From: Chthoniobacteraceae bacterium
GTDB taxonomy: Bacteria; Verrucomicrobiota; Verrucomicrobiia; Chthoniobacterales; Chthoniobacteraceae
Assembly: GCA_040081625.1 (NCBI GenBank)
Contig: JBEBGD010000006.1
Span: forward strand, 1 to 64,000
Reading direction: 5' to 3'
DNA: 64,000 nucleotides
Part shown: positions 37,608 to 47,134 of the stretch, piece after piece
Layout of the letters: each line of letters opens with the position of its first letter
How positions within the stretch are numbered: position 1 is the first letter of the stretch
Translations under genes and position numbers: made by a program
Notes under the pieces: generated by a model
The model's input: the letters and a program-made list of their open reading frames with translations, nothing else
What the model was told of the DNA's origin: nothing
Database searches by the model: none

Positions 37608-37635
37608 TCGAAATTCGAGCTTCGGATTTCGAGCT
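37608..37635. repeat. Four self-complementary heptamers after the tRNA
   Basis: TCGAAAT TCGAGCT TCGGATT TCGAGCT. Confidence 0.55.
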
Positions 37636-37655
37636 TCCCGGATTTACTCCGGGCC

Positions 37656-38648
37656 ATGCACCGCCGCTCCCTGCTCCTCGCGTTCGCCTCCCTCGCCGTC
37701 ACGCTCGTCGCGGCGGAGCCGAAGAAAGTCATCGTCTGCACCGTCACCACCGGCTTCCGGCACAGCTCGATCTCCGAGGCCGAGAAGACGCTGCAAATGC
37801 TCGCCGACACGTCAAAGGCGTTCACCGTCGTCGAGTGGGTGCGGCAGCCGGCGATCGAGGTGCCGCGCGAGCCGCGCAAGCCGCGCGATCCCGCGCCGAA
37901 TGCCGATGCGAAGGCGAAGGAGCGCCACGCGAAAGAGACGGAAAAATATACCGCCGAGAAGGCGAGATGGGATGCGGAGATCAAGCCGAAGGCGCAGGCG
38001 GCGCAGAAGGAATTCGACGCGGCGGTGCGCAAGGAACTCGAGAAGCTCTCGCCGGCGAATCTCGCGAAGGTCGATGGCGTGATCTTCGCGAACACGACGG
38101 GCGATTTGCCGCTGCCGGACAATGACGGCTTCGTCGCGTGGGTGAAGGCGGGCGGCGCGTTCATGGGGATGCACTCGGCGGGCGACACCTTCCACAAATT
38201 CCCCGGCTACCTCGGGATGATCCAGGCGGAGTTCAAGACGCACGGCCCGCAGGTGCCCGCGGATCTCGTGGTGGCCGATCGCGCGCACCCGGCCACCGCC
38301 GGTCTGCCGAACCCGTGGGATCTCGTGCAGGAGGAGATGTATGAGTTCAAGGACGGCAGCCACGACGTGGCGAAAGTGCGCTCGCTGCTTTACCTCAAGC
38401 ATCATCCCGTGCAGCGCGAGGTCGCCGGCCATTTCCCGGTCGCGTGGAATCGTATGCACGGAAAGGGCCGCGTCTTTTACACGAGCCTCGGGCATCGCGA
38501 AGATCTGTGGAGCGCCGATCCGAATCTCAAGGACCGCAAGAACCCGGTCGAGACCGCGGTGAAGTATCAGCAGCACATCCTCGGCGGGATCAAGTGGGCG
38601 CTCGGCCTCGCGGAAGGCAGCGCCGAGCCGCAGAAGACGCTGCCGTAG
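37656..38648 (+). CDS. ThuA (class I GATase-like) domain protein, exported
   Basis: Signal peptide; 'TTGFRHSSI', 'FANTTG', 'GGAFMGMHSAGD', 'GKGRVFYTSLGH', 'HILGGIKWALG'. Confidence 0.9.
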   Translation: MHRRSLLLAFASLAVTLVAAEPKKVIVCTVTTGFRHSSISEAEKTLQMLADTSKAFTVVEWVRQPAIEVPREPRKPRDPAPNADAKAKERHAKETEKYTAEKARWDAEIKPKAQAAQKEFDAAVRKELEKLSPANLAKVDGVIFANTTGDLPLPDNDGFVAWVKAGGAFMGMHSAGDTFHKFPGYLGMIQAEFKTHGPQVPADLVVADRAHPATAGLPNPWDLVQEEMYEFKDGSHDVAKVRSLLYLKHHPVQREVAGHFPVAWNRMHGKGRVFYTSLGHREDLWSADPNLKDRKNPVETAVKYQQHILGGIKWALGLAEGSAEPQKTLP

Positions 38649-38649
38649 C

Positions 38650-39963
38650 TCAGCGCAGAAATTCCTCGCGCACGAAAGCGAGCGCGGCGTCGCGGTCGGC
38701 GAGCGTGCCTTCGAGCTGGCGGCTCTGCACGGCTTCGAGGATTTCCTTGAACCGAGGGCCGGGCGCGAGCCCGAGCGCGATGAGATCCTCGCCGGTGATG
38801 AGCGGCGGCGGGATCAGCGGCTCGTTCGCGAACTCCTCGCGGCGGGTCTTGAGGAAGGTGTAGTTGTCGAGCATGCCGTGGCTGCTCTGGCAATCGACGC
38901 GGTGCAGTTCGAGTTCGTCCTCGAAGCCGGGCCGCGCCATGAAGCGCTTGAGCTTCGCCACGCGCATCTGCTGCACGTCCTTGAAGGCCATGTGCTCGGA
39001 CACGGCCTCGACCGTGGCGTCGATCTCCGCGCGCGAAAATCGCAGCCGGGTCATGATTTCCTCCGCCATGCGCGCGCCGACTTTTTCGTGGCCGTTGAAG
39101 CGGATGCGTCCCGTGGGATCGACGAAGCGCGTGGGCGGCTTGGCGATGTCGTGCAGCAGCACGCCGAAGACGAGCGGCACGCTCAACTCGCATGGCGGCA
39201 GGAGTCCCAGCATCGCGCGGGTGTGGACGAAGACGTCGCCTTCGGGATGGAATTGTTCGGGCTGCGTGCAGCCTTTGAGCGACTCCATCTCGGGGAGGAT
39301 TTCGCGCAGCAGGCCGCTCGCGTCGAGCAGATCGAAGCCGCGCACGCGGTCCGGGTGGACGAGCGTCTTCACCAACTCCTCGCGGATGCGCTCGGCGCTC
39401 ACGTCGTGGATGTGCGCGGCGTTCGCGCACACGGCGCTCCAGGTGGCGGGCTCGATCTCGAAGCCGAGCACCGTCGCGAAGCGCACCGCGCGCAGCATCC
39501 GCAGCCGGTCTTCGCGGAAGCGTGCTTCGGGATCGCCGATCGCCCGCAGCACGCGCGCGGCGAGGTCGTTCTGGCCGCCGATGTAGTCGATCACTTCGTC
39601 CGCGATCGGATCGAAGAACATGCCGTTGACCGTGAAGTCGCGACGCTCGGCATCCTCGCGCGGCGTCGAGAAGACGACGCTTTCCGGGTGGCGTCCGTCG
39701 ATGTAGGCGCGGTCGCTGCGGAAGGTGGCGACTTGGAAATCCTGATCGTCTTCGTGCACGACGATGACGCCGAACTGCGCGCCGACATCGAACGTGCGGC
39801 GGAAGAGTTCCTGCACCTGCGCGGGGCGCGCATCGGTGGCGATGTCGAAATCGTGCGGCTCCTGCCCGCGAAGCCGGTCGCGCACGCAGCCGCCCGCGTA
39901 GAGCGCGACGTGCCCGGCGTCGCGCAGGCGCTGGACGATACGGCGGGCGGATTGTTCGGGCAT
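38650..39963 (-). CDS. cca: CCA tRNA nucleotidyltransferase / poly(A) polymerase with HD domain
   Basis: 'AGGCVRD...DFDIATDA', 'DAERRDFTVNG', 'EDRLRMLRAVRFA', 'FHPEGDVFVHT', 'LLHDIAKP'. Confidence 0.9.
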   Translation of the reverse strand: MPEQSARRIVQRLRDAGHVALYAGGCVRDRLRGQEPHDFDIATDARPAQVQELFRRTFDVGAQFGVIVVHEDDQDFQVATFRSDRAYIDGRHPESVVFSTPREDAERRDFTVNGMFFDPIADEVIDYIGGQNDLAARVLRAIGDPEARFREDRLRMLRAVRFATVLGFEIEPATWSAVCANAAHIHDVSAERIREELVKTLVHPDRVRGFDLLDASGLLREILPEMESLKGCTQPEQFHPEGDVFVHTRAMLGLLPPCELSVPLVFGVLLHDIAKPPTRFVDPTGRIRFNGHEKVGARMAEEIMTRLRFSRAEIDATVEAVSEHMAFKDVQQMRVAKLKRFMARPGFEDELELHRVDCQSSHGMLDNYTFLKTRREEFANEPLIPPPLITGEDLIALGLAPGPRFKEILEAVQSRQLEGTLADRDAALAFVREEFLR

Positions 39964-39991
39964 CACGGGGCTAAGTTGGAGAGCCATTCCC

Positions 39992-40026
39992 AAAAAGCAA
40001 AAGCCCGGCGCGAGGCCGGGCTTTGC
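39992..40026 (-). terminator. Rho-independent terminator for the two small minus-strand genes
   Basis: Plus strand reads AAAAAGCAAAAGCCCGGC-GCGA-GGCCGGGCTTTGC, giving a hairpin plus U-tract on the minus strand. Confidence 0.8.
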
Positions 40027-40053
40027 GGGTTGAGTCGTTGGTTGCGGGACGAG

Positions 40054-40443
40054 CTATTTCTTCGGCTCTTCCGGCTTCGCGCCGGGTGCCGGAGCGGCGG
40101 CGGCAGCTGGATCGTTGCTCTGGATCTTCCACTTCTCGACGACGGTCTTCGCGTCCTTGTCGGTCTTGGCGAGTTCGAGCACTTCCTTGAAAAGGTTCGT
40201 CCAGTTTTCCTGAACCTTCGTGGCTTGTTCGAGGACCGGCTTCGCCTGGGCGATCAAGTCGTCGAGCTGCTTTTCCCCGGCCTTGAGTTCGTTCAACCCC
40301 TTGTCGAGGTTGCCGAGCTGCCAGGTGATCGTCTCGCTGGTGCGCGAGGCGGCGCCGACCTGCGAGAAGAGGAAGATCGCGATCGCGAGCGAGAGCAGCG
40401 TGACCGGGATGTGGACCGAGAGGGAGCGGGGTTGGGATTCCAT
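40054..40443 (-). CDS. Hypothetical membrane-anchored coiled-coil protein
   Basis: N-terminal TM segment, coiled coil, AP-rich tail. Confidence 0.75.
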   Translation of the reverse strand: MESQPRSLSVHIPVTLLSLAIAIFLFSQVGAASRTSETITWQLGNLDKGLNELKAGEKQLDDLIAQAKPVLEQATKVQENWTNLFKEVLELAKTDKDAKTVVEKWKIQSNDPAAAAAPAPGAKPEEPKK

Positions 40444-40454
40444 GGCTTGAAGAA

Positions 40455-40853
40455 TTAGGGTTGGAGTTTCGGCGCTTCGGGAGCCTTCGGCGCGGGCGCC
40501 GGAGCGGGAGTGGCGCCGGCCTTCGCGGCTTCCTCGTTGATGGTAACGCCGTATTTCTCAAGGACCTTCTTGAGCCTGTCGTTCTTGTTGTCGCGGGCGA
40601 GCACGCCGAGGTCGTTGAGCACCTGCGGGCCGACCTGCTGCGAGAGCTGCTGAGCGCTCTGCACCTGCTGCTGATACCCTTGGAAGAGTTGCTGCTTGGT
40701 CTGGAAGGAGCGCTGCACGGAGGCGAGGTTGTCCTGCCCCTTTTGCAGTTCACCGCTCTGGTTTTGGACGGTGCTGTTTTTGAAGTAGAAGACGAGGCTC
40801 AGCAGCAGGCAGAGCCCGCCGGAGACGATGGATAGGAGTGGGGCGGGGTTCAT
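40455..40853 (-). CDS. Hypothetical membrane-anchored coiled-coil protein (likely paralog of 40054-40443)
   Basis: N-terminal TM segment, Gln-rich coiled coil, AP-rich tail. Confidence 0.75.
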   Translation of the reverse strand: MNPAPLLSIVSGGLCLLLSLVFYFKNSTVQNQSGELQKGQDNLASVQRSFQTKQQLFQGYQQQVQSAQQLSQQVGPQVLNDLGVLARDNKNDRLKKVLEKYGVTINEEAAKAGATPAPAPAPKAPEAPKLQP

Positions 40854-40917
40854 TGAAAAGGGCGCGAGCTTTGCCGCAGGATCAAACGAGCGTCAAGGGT
40901 CTTGTGTGGATTTGTCT

Positions 40918-42087
40918 CTAATTCTTCGGCACCGGGCCGCTCGATCCCCGCTCGACCAGTTTCACAGGCAGCGTGACCGTGCGCGCTTCCGGCAGCCCGT
41001 CGAAACGTGTGAGCCGATCGATTTCGACCACTCCGCGCGCGGCCATGTCCTCGTAGGGCAAATGGACCGTCGTTAGCGCGGGCAGCGACAATTCGCCGAG
41101 CGGATCGCCGCCGCAACCGACCACGCTGAGTTGCGCAGGGACGCGCAGTCCGCGTTGCTGCGCGCGGGCGATGATGCCGGCAGCGACAGCGTCGCTCAGG
41201 CAATAGATCGCAGTCGGCGTCGGCTGCCGGTCGAGCAGCGTGTCGGCGGCGGCCACGCCGGCGGAAAAGGTCAGCTCGCCATAGACGACGTGCTGCGTCT
41301 CCAGCGGCACCTGCAATTTATCGAGCGCGACGCGCACGCCGCGGTTGTATTCGTGGATCGCGGGCTCCGAAGTGCCGAATGGGCCGGACACCAGCGCGAT
41401 CTTCCTGTGCCCGAGCGCGACGAGGTGCTCGAGCGCGACCTGCGAAGCCGCGGGAAAATCCGGCACGATGCAGACGACCCCTGGCAGATTCAGGCTCGTG
41501 CCGAGAAGGACATAGGGCAGGCCGCGCTTCGTGATCGTGTGGATGAGCGAGAGATTTGGATGGCCGAAGCTCAAGAATTTCGCCGCCACACCGACGCGCA
41601 CCGGCGGCGGTAGCAGGGCCGGCTGCGCCGCGTAGTCGATGTGAGTATCGTAGCGGGCGACGGTGAGCGCGCGCACGTCGTTCGGCACTGCGGCGACGGC
41701 GGCGCTGGAGACGCGCGCGAGGGCGGGCTCGACCGCGGCATTGCCAAGGTCGCGAGCAAGCAGGAGGCAGAATTCGCCCAACTCGGGATACATCCGCACC
41801 ACAGCGCGCAAATCGTTCGGCAGGTAGCCCATTTCGCGGCAGACCCGGAACACGCGCTCGCGCGTTTTTTCGCTCACTCGGATGCCGTAGTCGCGGTCGT
41901 TGAGCAGCGAGGAGATCGCACCCTGCGATACCCCGGCAGCCTTGGCGATTCCCGCCATCGTGATCGTGCTGGAAAAATCCGGCAGAGGCCGTGGCTGCCG
42001 TCCGCCCGCGGTCTCGCCCTGTCCGGGCGTTCCGGCCTCTTTTGGCGGATTTATGGGTGCAGGCTGCGAAGTCTTCGGCTTGGACAC
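40918..42087 (-). CDS. LacI family transcriptional regulator
   Basis: HTH 'ITMAGIAKAAGVSQGAISSLLN...VSEKTRERV...EMGY.PN'; 'ALGHRKIA', 'PTAIYCLSD', 'LTTVH'. Start uncertain (GTG 42087). Confidence 0.88.
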   Translation of the reverse strand: MSKPKTSQPAPINPPKEAGTPGQGETAGGRQPRPLPDFSSTITMAGIAKAAGVSQGAISSLLNDRDYGIRVSEKTRERVFRVCREMGYLPNDLRAVVRMYPELGEFCLLLARDLGNAAVEPALARVSSAAVAAVPNDVRALTVARYDTHIDYAAQPALLPPPVRVGVAAKFLSFGHPNLSLIHTITKRGLPYVLLGTSLNLPGVVCIVPDFPAASQVALEHLVALGHRKIALVSGPFGTSEPAIHEYNRGVRVALDKLQVPLETQHVVYGELTFSAGVAAADTLLDRQPTPTAIYCLSDAVAAGIIARAQQRGLRVPAQLSVVGCGGDPLGELSLPALTTVHLPYEDMAARGVVEIDRLTRFDGLPEARTVTLPVKLVERGSSGPVPKN

Positions 42088-42228
42088 GAGATCAAGGGCG
42101 GACAGGAGAGTGGGTTTCGCGTGCAGGGTCGATCTGCACGCCTTCACTGGCTAACGCCGATAACCGTCAGCGCCAGTATTTTCCCCAATGATTTTGCAAT
42201 CCGTGCCCCGTCCCGCTCACATCCGCGC

Positions 42229-43584
42229 ATGAACTCGCCCGCCACCCGTCGCAGATTCCTCAAGTCCGCCGGACTCGCCGCCGGCGCCGGCATCCTCGCC
42301 CAGCCGGCGGGAGCGGCGGCGCCGTCGCTCGAAACCGATGTGCTCGTGTGCGGCGGCGGCTGCGCTGGCCTGGCCGCGGCGCTCTCCGCCGCGCGCAATG
42401 GCAAGCGCACGCTGCTCATCGAGCGAGCGGGCTTTGCCGGCGGGATCATCACCGCGGCGGGGCTGCCCTTCTTCGACGGCATCGCCGACATCAAGGACAA
42501 CCGCGTCATCGTCCGAGGCATCGCGCTCGAGCTGCTCGCGAAATCCGGCATCTGCGCACCGGACGCGACGCACGTGGACAAGCACAACCCGACCATTCGC
42601 AACGTCGAGGCCTTCAAGCTCCTCGCCGACCGCCTGCTCGCTGCGGAGAAGAGCCTGCGCGTTCTGTATCACTCGATGGCATGCGGCGTGGAGATGGATG
42701 GCAAGCGCATCGCGGCGGTGCTCGTCGCGAACAAGGCCGGGCTCACGCGCATCCGCGCGAAAGTCGTCATCGACTGCACCGGCGACGCCGACATCGCCGC
42801 GTGGGCCGGCGCGCCGACCGAGAAAGCGCCCGAGCTTCAGCCGCTCACGCTCCACTTCCGCGTCGGCAACGTGACGAAGACGCCCGACCTCTCGAAGAAC
42901 TGCCGCGCCGCGCTTGAGAAGGCGCACGAGCGTGGCGAGCTGCCGATGTTTTTCGGCCCCGGCATCATGTTCATGTTTGCGCCGAATGAGATCTACGTTC
43001 ACGGCATCCGCGTGCCCGCCGATGCGAGCGATCCCGCCGAACTCACACGCGCCGAGATGCAAGGCCGCTCCGATGCGTGGGCGATGTTCGAGGCGTGGAA
43101 GCGCGACGTGCCCGGCTTCGAGGACTCGTATTTTCAAAGCGCCTCGCCCTTCATCGGCGTGCGCGAGACGCGCCGCATCGTCGGCCAGCACGTGCTCACC
43201 GAGGACGAGATCATGGCGACGAAACCCTTCGACGACGCGATCGCCACCGGCTGCTGGTATCTCGACGTGCATCCAAACAAGGTGACGCTGGGCAGCGCCA
43301 ACGCCGTGCCCAAGCAGCAGCCCGCGCCCTACGACATCCCCTATCGCTCGCTCGTGCCGAAAAATGTCAGCAACCTGCTCGTCGCCGGCCGCTGCCACTC
43401 GACCACGCGCCTCGCGCAGAGCAGCACGCGCGTAACCGTCACCGCGATGGCGCTGGGCGAAGCCGCCGCCGTCGCCGCCGCGCTATCCATCAAGGGAGGC
43501 GTGAGCCCGCAAAAGCTCGACGGCAAAACCGTGCGCAAAGCATTGCGCAAACAAAATGCCGGTCCGATGCAAGACCTCGCGTAG
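42229..43584 (+). CDS. Tat-exported FAD-dependent oxidoreductase
   Basis: 'TRRRFLK' Tat motif; 'DVLVCGGGCAG', 'IDCTGDADIA', 'GVRETRRIVG', 'YDIPYRSLVP', 'NLLVAGRC'. Confidence 0.92.
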   Translation: MNSPATRRRFLKSAGLAAGAGILAQPAGAAAPSLETDVLVCGGGCAGLAAALSAARNGKRTLLIERAGFAGGIITAAGLPFFDGIADIKDNRVIVRGIALELLAKSGICAPDATHVDKHNPTIRNVEAFKLLADRLLAAEKSLRVLYHSMACGVEMDGKRIAAVLVANKAGLTRIRAKVVIDCTGDADIAAWAGAPTEKAPELQPLTLHFRVGNVTKTPDLSKNCRAALEKAHERGELPMFFGPGIMFMFAPNEIYVHGIRVPADASDPAELTRAEMQGRSDAWAMFEAWKRDVPGFEDSYFQSASPFIGVRETRRIVGQHVLTEDEIMATKPFDDAIATGCWYLDVHPNKVTLGSANAVPKQQPAPYDIPYRSLVPKNVSNLLVAGRCHSTTRLAQSSTRVTVTAMALGEAAAVAAALSIKGGVSPQKLDGKTVRKALRKQNAGPMQDLA

Positions 43585-43589
43585 CGCGC

Positions 43590-44387
43590 TTACTGCGCCG
43601 CGCAGGCTTTGCGGATGAACTCCACGACCGGCGCCGGGTCGGGCAGGCCGTGGGGATGGTGCCCGCCGCCGGGCTTGGCGATGAGCGTGATCTCGCCGCC
43701 GAGCGCGCGATACCGCTCCGCGAGAACGAGCGTATTTTCATCCGACGGCACGGCGTCGTCCGCGTCGCCATAGACGTGGATGATAGGGATCTTCGCGGCG
43801 GCGATCGGCGCGAGGATGTCGATCGGGCTGCCCTTCCACGCGAGCGCGGCGGCTTCGTCCGCGAGCCCGAAGACTTCCATCGCCAGCTTCCAGTCGCGCG
43901 GGCTGCCCTTGCCTTTGCCCTTGCCGCCGGGCCAGCTCTTGAGGTCGCACACGGGCGCGTCGCCGTAGATGCACGCGACCTTGTCCGGGTTCGCGGCGGC
44001 CCACGCGTAGCAGTAGAGCCCGCCGCGGCTCATGCCGAGCAGTGCCGCCTTTTTCGCGAAGCCGTATCTGCCGGTCAGCTCCGCGTAGAAGGCGTCCCAG
44101 TGCTTCATCGCCGACGGCGCGCCGAATTTGTTTTGATCTTGCAGATACACGACGTGAAAACCGTGCCCGAGCAACGCGATGTCTGCATTCGGAAACGCGC
44201 CGAAAAACTCCCCGCGCCACAGCCACGGTTTGCCAGGCGCGGCTTGCTTCGGCGCGACGACGATCACCGGCTTCGTGTCCACGGTGAAGTCGTAGCGGTC
44301 GTAGCCATTCCACGCGGTTTTCTTTCCGGGGAAGTCGTCGGCGTGAGCGGTGAGGGCGAGCGCGAGGAGCAGGAGCGGGCGGGTCAT
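43590..44387 (-). CDS. Alpha/beta hydrolase, exported
   Basis: Signal peptide; nucleophile elbow 'GMSRGG', 'HVYGDADDAV', 'GHHPHG'. Confidence 0.88.
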   Translation of the reverse strand: MTRPLLLLALALTAHADDFPGKKTAWNGYDRYDFTVDTKPVIVVAPKQAAPGKPWLWRGEFFGAFPNADIALLGHGFHVVYLQDQNKFGAPSAMKHWDAFYAELTGRYGFAKKAALLGMSRGGLYCYAWAAANPDKVACIYGDAPVCDLKSWPGGKGKGKGSPRDWKLAMEVFGLADEAAALAWKGSPIDILAPIAAAKIPIIHVYGDADDAVPSDENTLVLAERYRALGGEITLIAKPGGGHHPHGLPDPAPVVEFIRKACAAQ

Positions 44388-44425
44388 GCCGCGAGCGAAG
44401 CACGGCGGCGCCGTGCGCGACAAGC

Positions 44426-45739
44426 TCAGCGTTCCAGCCGCACCGCGCGCACGCGCACGGAGTCGCCCGCGCCTCCGGGTGGATCGAGGCGCAGGCTCGT
44501 GATCGCGCCGCGCCAGCCGGGAGCATCCGCGAGCGGCACGCGCACCTCGCGGAATTCGCCGTCGCCATTCACCGCGAAGCTCAGCGAGCGGTCGGGCGAG
44601 GTCGCATCGTCGGCGAGCGTGGTCCAGAAGACGTGCGCCGTTTTCCCCGCGGAGCGGAAGGCGGCGTCGATCACGAGCACGCCCGCGTCTTCCGCACGGC
44701 AGTGAAAGGAGGGGCTGCGGAGCTGCGGGTCGTCGCCGGTGAAATGGATGGCGAGTTCGCCCGCGATCGGCCAGCCGGCATCGGCGGCGTGCGCGTAGTG
44801 CCAGCCCTGCCGGTCCGCCGCGAAGCGCCACGCGGGCAGTCCGCGCGACCGCCGCGCGAGCACATGCGCGCGGATTTCCTCCACGGTGCCGAGCACCAGC
44901 TCGTAGCGGTATTCGTGGACGATATCGTGGTCGAGCACCTCGAGCCGCAGCGGCGCGAGGTAGCCGCACGGCGCGTCCTTCGCCCCGCCCGCGCCGGCCT
45001 TCCCGCTGAAGCCGCCGGTGAATCGCACGCAGTCGGGATTCCACACGCCGAGGCCCCAGCCTGCGTCGTTCACGAGCGCGGACCAGCCTTCCGGCGCGAT
45101 CCATCGCGTCCACTCCGGCGGGCCTTTCGGCTCGATCGCGCCCGTGCTCGTGACGATGCGGTGAAAGGGCGCATTCGTATAAACCGCGGGCAGCTCCTGC
45201 CCGCGCGCGGGATACTGCGTGCGGTCGGCGCGCGCATTTGTGAGCCGGCACCGCGCGCGCACCGCGGCGCCGTCGAGTTCGAGCCAGCTCTCGAAGGTGC
45301 AGTCGCCCGGCACGTCGTCGAGCGGCCACTGCATGGGGATGCACTTCACGTGGATCGTGCGCCCATCATTGCGATGCTCGAGCACCCGCGAGCCGTGGCC
45401 GAAGTCGTCGCCCGCTTGGATCGGATTCCACCCGAGCCCTTCCCAGTATTTCGCGGGCCGCTTGTCGCCGACGATGAAAGGGATCGGCCCGGAGTAATAA
45501 GACATCTGCACCTGCCGCCCCCAATCGTGGCTGTTGATCACGTTTTCCCCGCTGCCCGAAAGCGAGAGCCACGTGATGGCGCCGCCGAGCGCGAGGTCCG
45601 CGCCGAGGCGGATCGTGCCGTTGTCGAGCCAGCTCATCTCCGGCACGTGCGGGCGCGGCGCGGCGACGACCGGCGCGAGTGCGGGAGCGATCGAGAGGAG
45701 AACGACCGCAGCTCCGAAAGGACGGAGCGCGCTGCTCAC
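44426..45739 (-). CDS. Hypothetical secreted protein, probably carbohydrate-related
   Basis: Signal peptide; 'INSHDWGRQVQMSYYSGP', 'WNPIQAGD'; C-terminal CBM-like 'ITSLRLDP'. Overlaps the upstream stop. Confidence 0.7.
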   Translation of the reverse strand: MSSALRPFGAAVVLLSIAPALAPVVAAPRPHVPEMSWLDNGTIRLGADLALGGAITWLSLSGSGENVINSHDWGRQVQMSYYSGPIPFIVGDKRPAKYWEGLGWNPIQAGDDFGHGSRVLEHRNDGRTIHVKCIPMQWPLDDVPGDCTFESWLELDGAAVRARCRLTNARADRTQYPARGQELPAVYTNAPFHRIVTSTGAIEPKGPPEWTRWIAPEGWSALVNDAGWGLGVWNPDCVRFTGGFSGKAGAGGAKDAPCGYLAPLRLEVLDHDIVHEYRYELVLGTVEEIRAHVLARRSRGLPAWRFAADRQGWHYAHAADAGWPIAGELAIHFTGDDPQLRSPSFHCRAEDAGVLVIDAAFRSAGKTAHVFWTTLADDATSPDRSLSFAVNGDGEFREVRVPLADAPGWRGAITSLRLDPPGGAGDSVRVRAVRLER

Positions 45740-47067
45740 TTCGCCGGCACGAGCTTCATCACGACGCCGGTCGCGCCGTCCGGGCCGGGCACCGTGCTGC
45801 CCGTCACATACAGCTCGCCGCTCGCGTCCTGGCCGAAGCCTTTCGCGAGGAAGCCGAGCGGGCGGTCGTCGGCGCCGATCTTAAACTCGTGGATGCTCCC
45901 GGTCGCGATGCTGCCGTAGAACAGGCGCCCGGTCGGCGTCTTCTCCGGCGTGCGGTAGTCTGCGAAAACATAGAGGCCCGTGAGCGCCGGGAGCGCCTTG
46001 CCGCGATAGACGTAGCCGCCGGTGATCGAAGTGCCGTCGTTGTGATCGTATTGCAGCACCGGGTCGCTGAGCCCCGGCGGGAGATCGGGGCCGGGCAGCT
46101 CGATCAAGCCGGTCGGATGAAAACGGAACGTGCCCTCCTTCAACCGCCAGCCGTAATTCCCGCCGCGCTCGACGCGATGCACCATCTCGATTTTGTTTTG
46201 CCCGACATCCGCCGCGAGCAGCGTCGGACCATCGAAGCAAAACCGCCACGGATTGCGCAGGCCGATCGCGTAAATCTCCCGCGCACCGCCGCCCTGCGCG
46301 AACGGATTGTCCTTCGGGATGCCGTAGTTCTTGTTGGCGGAATCGGTCCCGTTCACGTCGATGCGCAGCATTTTCCCGAGCAGGACGTTCCGGTCCTGGC
46401 CGTTGCCGGTCTCGGGATTGTGCCCCGGCCCCACATCGAGCGCGCTGCCGCCATCGCCCATGCCGATGTAGAGAAATCCGTCCGGCCCGAACTCGATCAT
46501 GCCGCCGTTGTGATTGAACTGCGGCTGGTCGATGCGCAGCAATTCGCGCCGCGACGCTGGATCGACGCGCCGGCCATCGGCGGCGACCTTCCACGACGCG
46601 AGCACGCTTTGATGATCCGCTGGCGTGGTGCCGTGGACGATCGGGAAATCGGTGCGCCCGGCCAGCGGCTCGCTCGTGTAGGTGAAGACGCGTCGATGCC
46701 CCGGACGGCCCGCGGTTTTGTAATCCGGATCGAACGCCAGCCCGAGCAGCCCGCGCTCGTCGAACTGCTTCTTCAACGTCGCCAGTCGCCCGCTCACATC
46801 GAGCCACGGCTCGGCTGCGAGCGTGCCGGCATCGATCACGCGCACGAGGCCGACTTGATCGACGACCAGAAGCCGCTGCGTCTCTCCCGGGACCGCGACG
46901 AGCAAAACCGGCGAGACCAATCCCTGCGCCACTGGCTGCAGCTCGACGGTGATCCCGCCTTTCGGGATGCGCTCTGGAATGGGGTCATCGATGGGCTTCA
47001 CCTGCGCGGCCAGCGGAACGGACGCGGCGATGAGAAGCACGGCGGGCGGGAGGATTCGCGAGAACAT
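45736..47067 (-). CDS. PQQ-dependent glucose/sorbosone dehydrogenase family protein
   Basis: 'ERGLLGLAFDP', 'NHNGGMIEFGPDGFLYIGMGDGG', 'GLRNPWR', 'GGNYGW', 'SITGGYVYRG'. Confidence 0.92.
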   Translation of the reverse strand: MFSRILPPAVLLIAASVPLAAQVKPIDDPIPERIPKGGITVELQPVAQGLVSPVLLVAVPGETQRLLVVDQVGLVRVIDAGTLAAEPWLDVSGRLATLKKQFDERGLLGLAFDPDYKTAGRPGHRRVFTYTSEPLAGRTDFPIVHGTTPADHQSVLASWKVAADGRRVDPASRRELLRIDQPQFNHNGGMIEFGPDGFLYIGMGDGGSALDVGPGHNPETGNGQDRNVLLGKMLRIDVNGTDSANKNYGIPKDNPFAQGGGAREIYAIGLRNPWRFCFDGPTLLAADVGQNKIEMVHRVERGGNYGWRLKEGTFRFHPTGLIELPGPDLPPGLSDPVLQYDHNDGTSITGGYVYRGKALPALTGLYVFADYRTPEKTPTGRLFYGSIATGSIHEFKIGADDRPLGFLAKGFGQDASGELYVTGSTVPGPDGATGVVMKLVPAK

Positions 47068-47134
47068 GCCGCAGAGAAAGATGGTGCTGCTCTCCGGGGC
47101 AAGTGCGATCGCGCGGGCTCAATCCGACGAGCGG

